Below, in pieces: positions 12,001 through 17,566 of a stretch of DNA of 64,000 bases. The stretch is from an uncultured bacterium (GTDB lineage Bacteria > Omnitrophota > Omnitrophia > Omnitrophales > Aquincolibacteriaceae). The stretch is from assembly GCA_964482725.1 (NCBI GenBank), contig CAYZYT010000009.1:19832-83831 (forward strand), read 5' to 3'. Positions within the stretch are counted from its first letter, which is position 1; each line of letters starts with the position of its first letter. The position numbers and the translations under genes are program-made. The notes under the pieces were generated by a model. It searched no databases and was not told where the DNA came from. It saw nothing but the letters and a program-made list of their open reading frames with translations.

Positions 12001-12437
12001 TGTTAGTCACTTTGCGCGGCAACCTCTCGATCAATGTGAAGGGTGGGGTCGAAGATGTGCGTCTGATCCAGAAAAAGTTTGATGATCTTATGACCCAAGA
12101 GGGGATCACGCTGGCGGCTGGGCAGCTGCGTATTGTCCCGGCGACAAGCCGCAACCATTTCGAATCTTTTAAAGGCTCCGAAAAAGCCGATGCCTTTATG
12201 GCCCGCCGGGAAGATCACCTGCGTGCGCGGCCCCGGAACGTCAGCAGTTTTTGGATCACCCAGGACCAGGACCGGATGGAGACGCTGGCCGCGGGGATCG
12301 CGACGGCTTTACTTCAGGTCGCTTCGGATAAGCCTATGGACCGGAACACTCTTTACAGCCCTTCCATGTTCCGGGACCTTTTAACGAACGTGATGAATGC
12401 CATCCAAGGGTATCTCCAGATCCAGACAGCGGCCTGA
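3..12437 (+). CDS. Giant multidomain protein 1, 5'-truncated by the window: PTS enzyme I-like, GlnD-like (with ACT domains), 2x HPr, 4x response-regulator receiver and an unknown C-terminal domain, with modules separated by R[SA]ExR motifs
   Basis: The frame is open from base 3 (LIETAAPALSEKYQ..., upstream of the track's TTG at 45) to TGA at 12435-12437. Motifs: EI SAH / FRTLD / FPMV / IGTNDL / CG; HPr GLHAMP and GIHVRP; REC DDD...D-x-x-MP four times. Confidence 0.93.
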   Translation, partial: LIETAAPALSEKYQLSPDQVAKSVVQTVSSSSVFSGTLTADQQKENPSTVRFTPAASSEISTSQNSAIMKAAATMGRAEALQLDPRTDAGLGQSATDIDFSARAPAVLRAEIRPKADSFQTPITVQVAPYRQIKMWGEGKRLNIAIPGITVVPLDLQESSGMDKVIAVRLSVFVKVPAASSEDVFKAYRGDVSLAAKKIPALGKNKSIVFIPKTPKSAEVKDYENWQRVVISDNPVKVAIDLGKAIEIFVKARSEQRRPTKFEPVDPDTVKKMMDFMALIQRPFDSGIHFGLFLGVGEMLAGEPASILAAIRRGNSGEAQIRVRSLMERLNKRVVAMPLYFKNLRALAEKLAGMELIDPEYLETLQSSLRKKEEKARSEESSLKSQLGKSQYIKLSSATEERSELRERQVFEGDLTTEKTVRGHAVFLSEDKHDFQWAMAPGGESLAETEYETWFKIVHDGINELFLPPMARHLKIFIQKKREEAIKSKKTSSDPMLKTSHPIALVLGAVQDGVAKNDIKQLEKGSVEESLFLKYVEDMARIFKIQRQIVLRSGGSDEAEKIIKRQFSVALELMEENIAQKEEALDSQRRRLAFFPHAEQQLKDNEMILQEGREGPTPLDDEYREDLEEKNENWREILETKEEVVKAEGRHDLQKMVLKGLEKRLKQGVESELYLGKTDAEGNPLALGMKDGGSLPFVIYSYALKNFLSKIKKFDLETIEGAHGAQSNQDSGTVFRDIAMGLTERLELEMIGGVAPQEKNISIISDGTQRILFVRRPLSANEILREVSRYGADLVGIVATQSSASAHWVIVVRGRNSAPPILFLSEKKYKDMLNKIQLDEDVLLVPSDETVGRGVLKTNPSPEDLDKALRAKKEEDLLAQGERKIGQFPLGISVGVNLSTHDIGDPRASGADNSGLVRKDFLDDKTKREIEDVGQSIGSGDFKFDEWLTVLEKLNFSDMSSKVDIDSLMNNFVGVLTPEAVGRIRTLLGHLRTVDGRVLRDDFFEGGKYVPFRTLDLQPDSKNKDLLDALKRLHRQYPKAGLIQLSPEELKKDPLRNGVTGFDFYQHSNLGKFFLIWQVTALLIEYAQHLDSTDQKDPAKLAILFPMVASPEQLKFIQQEILPVARKLAVLNFERTDEWDTQSFLAVQAKVQKASDRVSYGMMVEVMDILKNESLMDSMVQNPFVEFYDIGTNDLEKELWESIVKAPVDRDVEEAQRLFGRLMPDLVMGLDRFARKLADYNMEAGRDPARKQKRMCVCGQMGGNQKFLALVERWRRLKVPVSVSVGPEDVSHVRHALLRYSRVSQSSLDEVFEVPNYIDRRAGKLAKSQMLISKKFLKVAEAWQERYARMGYYHGFYRDSLDPVTGIGSFRDILVMRDIYKLFGGKQPDLKGAGVAEEEDMTREEFEKLLNYEKGKSGLFDEQVCAALLSAYDFLKGVRQVYREMQVKDPQKFKEPFNLHTGNLNDFLEAYEGKFGKQEWLARTDAQQRQDQFFRHYYVMANHVYTSLTGMVHEGYEDLFGADYEDIGLVTVIQTERDSQHKEEAIPLRVQLRSGMFFKREVGHIYRKVKELYIPEAYERMAFERFSRNPALMLEVFSRAVVDGDEEVRISYDLQKIMRRAIRNAGPVSSGADEMLFKNLIKGFFALDHDISYPIWRMHRFGFFSKFLPDYDAMPNFFPGDGRRSSVHIQTLNAMEFLEKLFNTKDFAFLRAGLVLQQLKVDPQDLTTLRLSLLMLGIVRAKLRLKPGNVPAPADIKKIVAEALAAFGISGQSEQAELIAWLIEGERTLNRNDLSAPEKIRKALETIFLEEGKNITSKKWDMLYLLTFVMRAGRAEHEKLVMLKREGPDSSLANCDKLYLAGKVLTKISIPPQEFEQLVEKTQRLERDGLQELNQPVLMRLLTGEKADPEEEISKAWADFSRREADILAYYEQNEILPSKYREALHAEIDAMAHQRTVFKTMFLKYEKMVSRYYWKGLDPETLTQQLICCISLEVLQRHADHRPILLFNALPQHYSNAFEIVFGRVSEDPALLAIYSRILYQNDFSIETVNIQREKGEEGKFIVRFMGSFPRGKQDLKPVMTAMRKDLADILDAPGEAKENRPGWFEERVRRLYRLLGPYSELALFAANQRNNPLFFRNTFNRHGDLAVQRSGGTTPTTEVDFFEGGGRGNSSYNTLTISTEDRRGLTALVTNYLSLIRGLNISDFSFEDTLGKKTKMIVRLNHPRKETWQEALFFRIVGIFFFWKAPWKKSKDRLSEKEKTQIKEELTNMLDAFEAVIHRGHFLNTYALKINASGTVNPADVAEKSSEASSEPAPIEVEESTAEVMPKGAVTKAVDLPEIPTVGVDDPSAREYTIQGSLGLHAMPSQLLAKFAINQSFLDEVIFEQKGIPTDMKSVLSLLELGQLWGEPVVIRIKAKPEATPEQLQAFWTWIEELRDPGDPKNLLFFAPIKRSEVRVEEKQFSVGNRLGIHVRPAGVIVTLAEAYAGSLKIKITKKKVTVNAASMMGLLTLDAGKGAKVTITVEGPQEQAKEFWDKLALLEEGGESLFRSEIRGKGKILFVDDDPGIQMTVADSLAFVGGYEVEKAFSADEALEILKKGDFVPDLIISDFSMPGKTGGDLVKAIRLSANGIARIPVLMFTAAAAQMDIENLYREGQITGTVSKTSEPDKFHAQVEWILQNEQSVREILALAGEDVAAKVALDQEILQFMLHPNQSPRVLAKLLELGIREDVPRWQEVLGEVQIRLHRDIAKTQVARGRSEIRNFTDVFNSILIVDDRLANRYANVQILKARGFKGVIHQAASAAEARDIMKQQKVDVLILDRKMPGMLGTEFAREILRPSEKLGVSVVLFTAQKKEAEQELSGIGDRVVIVEKEGDDPVGKIVSALNQLANRSETREITNRQRIAHLMSYLVNNMTMPLVMATDRDAVSMESLKSSIGELVLLFRILDVKDMESRGEELFIPAGDDNENIIVHKKTIGLGGKTPGQIFKGESLEQLAAEVRFDWILEDFKPEILELRGWRDALAIKAAADLSATERRNIARMAEKILEKSQKTVARLSQTVTQVKKILVVDDDVANRALLENLLRRQGYTVVVATNGAEAIKKLEDEHDIDFLITDFHMPEKTGGDILQAMAEGKLSRKIPSALMSGGLSDSTVDLKLFWAEGVYVEFLQKPNLIKPLFEILKRFDGPGAAGVGPAKAAGSEASFSAEAVLRIKKMLELENRAGDVLEMYQKDVVEGRLPRAASLKQLLASFRDGAEKESNLYKSASWVLGEIGARSEMRESSNRQKIINLLRHSLSGRIQIFESAEDASFVSKEILRETVRETLVVFRVFDLELFKARGGQLFIPKDDPNVFAYQIPSAQTRDDGKGGREPVKVYQTSVFGAMEKGKTFSFLNSEDQAALYQLSEEVGFEKIRADFNPQVVKLEEFKKELSTTADIAPELRSRIKLLGKELLEKIDELSAPLAAEPRTITAVPKNKANLHILVVDDEDGMRTTTAKLLRNKGYVVSTAVNGKDALDKLRAGGIEGVVSDITMPEMDGIALTNAIIDEGINVFIFLVSGYSSTDLGLEGFAKKGKKVGFFQKPYSLSDLDKAIKEHVRSEVRGTEKIQKDIADLNGKIVAEMERMSLRVLGTKEMKRTSEGRSLYRTFDHMTRKTSRDRYVSLADLEFTQRDLALFVQNHARQVASEKAALDVLGRHLDNLITQRKKIEDLYKELGATRYAPVSTEADKQAALDYIQTAGTVWQIDLQRLIESVPEQQTHLRPLLESFTAPLKTWILKPGYVSLEKEQSPEYLVGILNRLHKYERTASGDLAEHHEAGTRDLITAPRRLEMFQLAEGLSYLIAASKNLKWAQSEFPFARAEVRVAGTAEYKESVRNTLPVVVDLPVGLEVVAAAEQLGVYSDRGIAAELEGGISEDNIKQARLWIAVKVLKAMGASDGQIMNERLRSFMDKVMASLPGHIKAVAGLEAAKGPQFHVYLEGLSEQDWSEFVRNFPVVLGMLVTLRGNLSINVKGGVEDVRLIQKKFDDLMTQEGITLAAGQLRIVPATSRNHFESFKGSEKADAFMARREDHLRARPRNVSSFWITQDQDRMETLAAGIATALLQVASDKPMDRNTLYSPSMFRDLLTNVMNAIQGYLQIQTAA
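1221..3990 (+). other. PTS enzyme I (PEP-protein phosphotransferase)-like domain within giant protein 1
   Basis: Phospho-His region GIVATQSSASAHW (His codon 2421), then GLVRKDFL, VPFRTLDL, ILFPMV, GMMVEV, FYDIGTNDL (3570) and CVCGQMGG (Cys codon 3774), in the canonical EI order. Boundaries are approximate. Confidence 0.85.
4000..6840 (+). other. GlnD (PII uridylyltransferase)-like region with degenerate HD segment and two ACT-like domains, within giant protein 1
   Basis: GIGSFRDI (cf. GGLRDI), WRMHRFGFFSKFLPDY, SVHIQTL (cf. TVDEHTL), LYLLTFVMRAG and ACT-like TISTEDRRGLTA. Boundaries are approximate. Confidence 0.65.
7059..7649 (+). other. Two tandem HPr domains within giant protein 1
   Basis: SLGLHAMPS...DMKSVLSLLELG and RLGIHVRPAG...VNAASMMGLLTLDAGKG. 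His15 and Ser46 equivalents are present in both. An RSEVR at 7359 separates them. Confidence 0.88.
7665..10796 (+). other. Four response-regulator receiver domains (two preceded by a shared helical module) within giant protein 1
   Basis: ILFVDDD..ISDFSMP, ILIVDD..ILDRKMP, ILVVDDD..ITDFHMP and ILVVDDE..VSDITMP. The phospho-acceptor Asp is retained in all four. Confidence 0.9.
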
Positions 12438-12451
12438 TCTGCTTAATCCGC

Positions 12452-12479
12452 TTGGATTTTTTACGAAAAACAGTATAAT
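12452..12479 (+). promoter_or_regulatory. Putative sigma70 promoter upstream of the structured RNA candidate and tRNA-Glu
   Basis: TTGGAT-16 nt-TATAAT. Confidence 0.55.
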
Positions 12480-12487
12480 CCTGCACT

Positions 12488-12636
12488 CGTGTCGGAGATG
12501 AACGTCAAGTTCATCCCGAACACGCACTGGCACAGTGGGTGCCAGTGCTAGCTGACATTCGCGTCCCCATCGCACTTGCGCCCAATGCGCAAGTACAGCT
12601 CTTCAGCGGTTGGACACCGCTGTAAGAGGGGGGACA
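12488..12636 (+). ncRNA. Candidate structured non-coding RNA (four hairpins) of unknown family
   Basis: Near-perfect stems: CGTGTCGG.GATGAAC/GTTCATC.CCG.ACACG, GCACTGGCAC/GTGCCAGTGC, ACTTGCGC/GCGCAAGT and CTCTT.CAGCGGT/ACCGCTG.AAGAG. The last two are enclosed by GTCCCC/GGGGAC. It lies just after a promoter-like sequence. Confidence 0.45.
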
Positions 12637-12648
12637 AAAAGAAAATAC

Positions 12649-12726
12649 GTCCCCATCGTCTAGGTCGGCCTAGGACACCAGGTTTTCATCCTGGTAACAG
12701 GGGTTCAAATCCCCTTGGGGACGCCA
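12649..12726 (+). tRNA. tRNA-Glu (TTC)
   Basis: Acceptor GTCCCCA/TGGGGAC, anticodon arm CCAGG-TTTTCAT-CCTGG, T-loop GGTTCAAATCC, encoded CCA. Confidence 0.96.
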
Positions 12727-12761
12727 AATTGCCCGGGTCACAGATGTGATCCGGGCAATTT
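12726..12761 (+). terminator. Hairpin downstream of tRNA-Glu
   Basis: AAATTGCCCGGGTCAC-AGAT-GTGATCCGGGCAATTT. Confidence 0.5.
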
Positions 12762-12860
12762 GCATTTAGGGTGGGGATTTGAAGCCGACCCGAGCGCCAC
12801 GGGTTCAAGCGAGGGCGGCCGGCTTTGGAGGAGCGCGCTGACAAGCGCGCGGGGGAAAAG

Positions 12861-12883
12861 AAATCCCCTTGGGGACGCCAAAT
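12861..12883 (+). repeat. Direct repeat of the tRNA-Glu 3' end
   Basis: AAATCCCCTTGGGGACGCCAAAT is identical to 12707-12729. Confidence 0.85.
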
Positions 12884-12922
12884 CCCGCAGACAGCTTTTG
12901 CTGTCTGCGGGATTTTTGTTTT
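12880..12922 (+). terminator. Rho-independent terminator-like hairpin
   Basis: AAATCCCGCAGACAGC-TTTT-GCTGTCTGCGGGATTT followed by a T-rich run. Confidence 0.65.
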
Positions 12923-13118
12923 GGGGGCGTCATCGGTGATGAGCAGATCTGTCTGCGTGATGAAAAGACCGCTGTTGCGATATGCAAAATGCTTTTAGAA
13001 TGGTGCCAGGTCCGATTCTTAATAGCAGTTCGAACTTTCGGAGTCAAAGATGGATTTTTTTGCGTAGGCCGTTCACGGACCTGGAGATCTACGAGAAAAC
13101 CGGGCATTGGGAGATAAA

Positions 13119-13541
13119 ATGAAGAAGCTTTATCTGTTAAGGCATGCGGATGCGGCGCCGGCGGAGCCGGGACAAAAGGATTCCGCGAGGCCTCTGACCG
13201 CTCACGGCAGAAAGCAGGCCGCCGAGGCCGCCTCCGAAGCCAAGTCAAAAGGGTTTTCCTTTGACGTGATCCTGACATCGCCGTATGTCAGGGCGCGCGA
13301 GACTGCGCGGATCTTTGCCAGTCTCTATGAGATGTGCGGCAAAGTGATCGAGGAGCCGCGCCTCGCGTGCGGTTGTTCGGTCGGGGAGATCCGAAAGATC
13401 CTCTTACGATATCACGCGTGCGGGAGTATCCTGTGTGTCGGGCACGAGCCGGATCTCGGCGTGATCTCCGCGGCTTTACTCGGGCTGGATCATGCGCGGC
13501 CCTTCAAAAAGGCAGAATGCCGGGAGTTCGAACTCGCGTGA
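13119..13541 (+). CDS. sixA: Phosphohistidine phosphatase SixA (histidine phosphatase superfamily)
   Basis: LYLLRHADA, RPLT..G, ILTSPYVRARETA, CVGHEPD. ATG at 13119 follows GGAG. Confidence 0.85.
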   Translation: MKKLYLLRHADAAPAEPGQKDSARPLTAHGRKQAAEAASEAKSKGFSFDVILTSPYVRARETARIFASLYEMCGKVIEEPRLACGCSVGEIRKILLRYHACGSILCVGHEPDLGVISAALLGLDHARPFKKAECREFELA

Positions 13542-13852
13542 TGGCACTTCAAACGAACGCAAAAAAACTGAAGATTGCGCTACTCCTGGCAGCGCTCTTG
13601 ATGTGCTTCGCGGTTTTTCCCTCGCTTCCCCGAGCTTTTTATATTCTGCTCAAGTGGGTCGTTTGCGCGTCAGCGGTCTACGGGGTTTTGTGCTTCAAAG
13701 ATGAGCCGCGGATGAACCGTCACGTTTGGCCGCTGGTGGGCCTGGCCCTGTTGTTCAACCCTTTTGTCCCATTTTCTTTGACGCCGCTCGTCTGGCTGAT
13801 CCTTGATCTCGGGACGGCAGTCTATTTTTTGACCCTGTCCAAGAAATTCTGA
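13541..13852 (+). CDS. Small membrane protein (DUF6804-like)
   Basis: Hydrophobic helices, FYILLKWVVC and ALLFNPF. ATG overlaps the sixA stop (TGATG). Confidence 0.65.
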   Translation: MALQTNAKKLKIALLLAALLMCFAVFPSLPRAFYILLKWVVCASAVYGVLCFKDEPRMNRHVWPLVGLALLFNPFVPFSLTPLVWLILDLGTAVYFLTLSKKF

Positions 13853-13899
13853 AGTCGACCGCGTGCCCGGCAAGCGCGCACAGCAAAGAAGGTTCTGAA

Positions 13900-14511
13900 A
13901 TGAGCGTCGGAAGGGAAAATTACAAACACGGCCAAATGAAATGCAAGAGGACTCATGAAAAGGGGGTTCTCCAAGGCCCGGTCACGTCGTATTACGAGAA
14001 CGGACAAGTGAGCGACGAGGCCGTTTACAAGGACGGGAAGATCGAGGGCACGGTGAAGCATTATCACCCGAACGGGAAGCTCAAGACCGAGAAAGTCCTC
14101 AAGGCCGGGCGCCTGGCGGGTCCGGTCAAGACGTATTATGAGAACGGGCAGCTTCAAAAAGAGGAAGGTTGGCGGGGCTGTCATCTGGAAGGGCCGTCCA
14201 GGATGTACTACGAGAACGGACAATTATCCTCTGAAAGTTTTTTCAGGAACGGAACGCGGGGGGGGCCGGTGAAATGGTATTACGCGAGCGGGCAACTCCA
14301 GGAAGAGAAATTTTACAGGAACGGGAGGCAGCACGGCCTGGCTAGGAAATACAGCAAAACCGGACAATTGCAGCGGGAAGAAGTTTGGGAGGATGGAGTT
14401 CGGGAGAATCAATTTAGGGAATATGACGGTCAGGCGATGGTCCTTCGCGAAAAAGAGGCAAAGACAACGGCCCGACCCGGACGGGACGGGAATAGGCTCG
14501 AGACTCGGTGA
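13900..14511 (+). CDS. MORN-variant repeat protein (YwqK-like)
   Basis: Repeated G-P-V-x-x-YYENGQL units. Confidence 0.8.
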   Translation: MSVGRENYKHGQMKCKRTHEKGVLQGPVTSYYENGQVSDEAVYKDGKIEGTVKHYHPNGKLKTEKVLKAGRLAGPVKTYYENGQLQKEEGWRGCHLEGPSRMYYENGQLSSESFFRNGTRGGPVKWYYASGQLQEEKFYRNGRQHGLARKYSKTGQLQREEVWEDGVRENQFREYDGQAMVLREKEAKTTARPGRDGNRLETR

Positions 14512-14562
14512 AGGAGTTGCGGTGAATAGTTATGCACGAAATCCATTTTTTGAAAGGCACGG

Positions 14563-15291
14563 ATGATCCCCCAGATCTTGATCGACAAGGCTGAAACACC
14601 CGACGGCGGAAAAGAACTGCGACTCTACCAGCACGATAAGGATTTCTCGATCAGCGTGGGCAATGTGCAGCTGATGAGCAGCCGGACGCATGATTCTGAA
14701 GAAGCGCTGGCCAGGCTTGCTCTGGAAAGAATTGAAAAAGATGGATACGCGCGCGTGCTGGTCGGGGGGCTCGGGATGGGGTTCACGCTCCGGGCGGCGC
14801 TGGACATCCTTCCGGCCACAGCCCGGGTGGATGTTGCGGAACTGGTGCCTGCGGTGGTGAAGTGGAACCGGGGACCTCTTGCCGCGCTGGCGGGATGTCC
14901 CCTGGATGACAAGCGGGTGGTCGTTCGTGAGGTGAATGCGGCCAGAATGATCCGGGACGGGCGGGGGGCTTATGACGCGATCTTGCTCGATGTGGATAAC
15001 GGGCCCGCGGGACTTTCCAGAACAGGCAACCACTGGTTCTATGGTCTTTCGGGCCTTCAGGCATCGCTGGCGGCCCTCCGGACGAAAGGTGTGCTTGCTC
15101 TCTGGTCGGCCGGTCCGGATATGGAATTCATGCGCCGTATGGAAAAGGTTGGATTTGAAGTGGAGGCGATCCGCGTTCGGGCTCGTGCCGGGCGGAAGGG
15201 CGCGCACCACCTCATTTGGATCGCGACAAAAGCCATTCCGGCCGCGGTCGGAAGGGTTGCAGGCTTTAAATATGATTCTTCCAAGAGATAA
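14563..15291 (+). CDS. Spermidine synthase-like SAM-dependent methyltransferase
   Basis: VLVGGLGMGFT, VDVAEL, YDAILLDVDNGP. Confidence 0.8.
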   Translation: MIPQILIDKAETPDGGKELRLYQHDKDFSISVGNVQLMSSRTHDSEEALARLALERIEKDGYARVLVGGLGMGFTLRAALDILPATARVDVAELVPAVVKWNRGPLAALAGCPLDDKRVVVREVNAARMIRDGRGAYDAILLDVDNGPAGLSRTGNHWFYGLSGLQASLAALRTKGVLALWSAGPDMEFMRRMEKVGFEVEAIRVRARAGRKGAHHLIWIATKAIPAAVGRVAGFKYDSSKR

Positions 15292-16105
15292 ACCGGGCGA
15301 TGTCGTGTTGTATTACGAAATCCATGGCGAAGGAACGCCTCTTTTACTCATCGCCGGGCTTGGGTCGGATTGCCTGAGTTGGGGCGGTGTTGTCGCAAAA
15401 CTTGCGGCGCATTTTAAGGTCATCGTTTTCGATAATCGTGGGGTGGGGCGGAGTGAGGCTCCGGAGAAGAGTTATGCCGTCGGCGAGATGACAAGCGATG
15501 CCATCCGTTTGCTCGATCATTTAAAAATAAAAAAGGCGCATATTCTGGGTCATTCCATGGGCGGTTTTATCGCGCAGGAGATGGCGATCCATCACCCGGA
15601 ACGCGTCGAACGGCTTGTCCTGGCCAGCACCGCTGCCGTGTCTTCCGAGAGGAACAACACGCTTTTTCTGGAATTTTATAAGGAGCTCCGGACAGGCGCC
15701 GATCCGGAAACATGGATCCTGAAATGGGTTCGCTGGTTGTTTTCACCGGAACGTCTCAGCTGCAAGACATTCATCGATGCGTTTGTGAAGAACCGGCTGA
15801 AGGATCCTTTCCCGCAACAAGCGCGCGGTCTCAAGGGACAGATCGATGCGATCGCGTTGTTTGATTCGCGCGAAAAACTCGGTAGGGTAAAAGCTGAAAC
15901 GCTTGTCCTCCATGGTAGGGAAGACATTCTAATCCTTCCCGGGGAAGCGGAAGCGCTTGCCAAAGGGATTTCAGGCAGTGCTTTTCAATATATAAAGGGT
16001 GCGGCCCACTGTTTGCACATAGAAAATCGTCATGTATTTGTAAGGGCCGTCGTCGAATTTTTGGAACGGAACCAGGTGCCTTGGCACTCACAAAAGGAGA
16101 AATGA
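15272..16105 (+). CDS. Alpha/beta-fold hydrolase
   Basis: LYYEIHGEG, FDNRGVGRS, GHSMGG nucleophile elbow, HGREDI, GAAH. Start moved to ATG 15272. Confidence 0.88.
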   Translation: MILPRDKPGDVVLYYEIHGEGTPLLLIAGLGSDCLSWGGVVAKLAAHFKVIVFDNRGVGRSEAPEKSYAVGEMTSDAIRLLDHLKIKKAHILGHSMGGFIAQEMAIHHPERVERLVLASTAAVSSERNNTLFLEFYKELRTGADPETWILKWVRWLFSPERLSCKTFIDAFVKNRLKDPFPQQARGLKGQIDAIALFDSREKLGRVKAETLVLHGREDILILPGEAEALAKGISGSAFQYIKGAAHCLHIENRHVFVRAVVEFLERNQVPWHSQKEK

Positions 16106-16106
16106 C

Positions 16107-16340
16107 ATGCGTAAGTTCTTGATCGTTTTTTTTATTTCCGTGCTTATGTTAGGAGGCCCTGCGATTACCGCTTTTGCGGCCGATTGCGCGAAGGATACTC
16201 TCGTCGACCATTTTGGGGATTGGTTCGGCAATCTGGGTAAATCCGAAAGTTCGAAAAAAAAGCACATTGCTATACGTAAAGCCAATCGTCTTGCGGCGTG
16301 TGCCGAAATGAAAGCGAAGAGCGCTGGCAAGGCTGTTTAA
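16107..16340 (+). CDS. Small exported protein
   Basis: AGGAG RBS; signal peptide ending AFA-A. Confidence 0.6.
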   Translation: MRKFLIVFFISVLMLGGPAITAFAADCAKDTLVDHFGDWFGNLGKSESSKKKHIAIRKANRLAACAEMKAKSAGKAV

Positions 16341-16514
16341 GAGGCCCCGTAGTAGCCCTGAGACCGATTGCCATAAGCAATCGGCATCTCTTCAGGCGAT
16401 AATTTGGTGGTCATTGCACCGATATTGGATATAATAACGCGAATTTTTCCCATAGCGTTCCGTTGAATCCGGATTGGGACGGGACGCCCATTTTCAGTGC
16501 AAGGAGATGATCCA

Positions 16515-16898
16515 ATGAAATTCCGAATGATCCCCGTGTTCCTTTTAGCTCTGATGCTTATTCCCTTTCTAGGTTGCGCGAAGAAGGCGGATCCTAAGAG
16601 GTCGGTCGAGAAGATCCGAAAAGAAGTCGTCGCGATGCCCCTTGCGCAGCTTGAGGCCCAAGCGTCTGATTATGCGGCGGCGATCCGTGCGCAAAAGGCC
16701 GAGATCGAGAGTATCCAGCAGAAGATACAGAGAATGCCCATCGATAAGATTTTCAGTAATAAATCCATGACGCGCCGTATTGCCGAGATCGGTCGCACCG
16801 CCGAGGCGCTTTTTGAGCGGTACCGGATCTATGCGCAAGCTTTTCAGGAAAAAGGCGGAAGTCTGGCTAAGATCCAGATCGAACCAGCTCAAGCCTAA
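16515..16898 (+). CDS. Putative lipoprotein (coiled coil)
   Basis: AGGAG RBS; hydrophobic N-terminus with lipobox FLGC. Confidence 0.7.
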   Translation: MKFRMIPVFLLALMLIPFLGCAKKADPKRSVEKIRKEVVAMPLAQLEAQASDYAAAIRAQKAEIESIQQKIQRMPIDKIFSNKSMTRRIAEIGRTAEALFERYRIYAQAFQEKGGSLAKIQIEPAQA

Positions 16899-16914
16899 AA
16901 CAGGAGGATCCCCC

Positions 16915-17358
16915 ATGAAAATAGCGAATGAATTCAAACAATTCATCATGCGCGGCAATGTGATCGATATGGCGGTCGGCGTGATCATCGGCGCGGCGTT
17001 CGGGAAGATCGTTGCTTCGATGGTCAGTGATATCATCATGCCCCCGATCGGGCTTCTGCTCGGGAAAGTGGATTTCAGCAGTCTCTTCATCAATATGTCC
17101 GGAAAGGTCTATGGCTCGCTTGCGGAAGCGCAGGCCGCCGGGGCCCCGACCCTGAATTACGGGCTCTTCCTTAATAACGTGATCAATTTTCTGATCGTTG
17201 CGTTTGTGATCTTCATCATGATCAGGCAGATCAACAAGCTTCAGAAACCGGCCAAGCCCGGCTCGTCGGCTGCGCCGACGACCCGAGAGTGCCCTTTCTG
17301 CTGCTCTACGATCGCGCTCAAAGCGGTCCGTTGTCCGAATTGCACGTCCCAGTTCTGA
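16915..17358 (+). CDS. mscL: Large-conductance mechanosensitive channel MscL with C-terminal CxxC..CxxC tail
   Basis: [45 protein letters not shown]; AGGAGG RBS. Confidence 0.95.
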   Translation: MKIANEFKQFIMRGNVIDMAVGVIIGAAFGKIVASMVSDIIMPPIGLLLGKVDFSSLFINMSGKVYGSLAEAQAAGAPTLNYGLFLNNVINFLIVAFVIFIMIRQINKLQKPAKPGSSAAPTTRECPFCCSTIALKAVRCPNCTSQF

Positions 17359-17566
17359 TTGAACAAATTGTCCGGCAAGGGTTATGAAGCCCGTATGGGT
17401 GAGGGTGACGGCAACGTAAAAGCAAAAAGACGCAAGACGTAACCGTAAAACGAAACGGGCATCGTAACCGAAAGTTGTGGGCGCTCCGGGATCAAGGGAT
17501 GTGCGTTTTTTTCTGCAAAAAGATGTATTCCTTACGCTTTGAAACTTCAATGGGTGCCGAAACATT

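Noticed and set aside
13900-14511. Toxin-antitoxin system (YwqK antitoxin label)
   Set aside because: It is only a MORN-variant repeat protein with no adjacent toxin gene.
14972-15271. Long N-terminal extensions given by the track for the hydrolase (also mscL, murJ, lptE, holA, rpsT)
   Set aside because: They overlap neighbouring genes; downstream starts with an RBS or family-typical N-terminus fit better.
12707-16400. Prophage or genomic island at tRNA-Glu
   Set aside because: The att-like repeats enclose only ~130 bp, and there are no integrase or phage genes.
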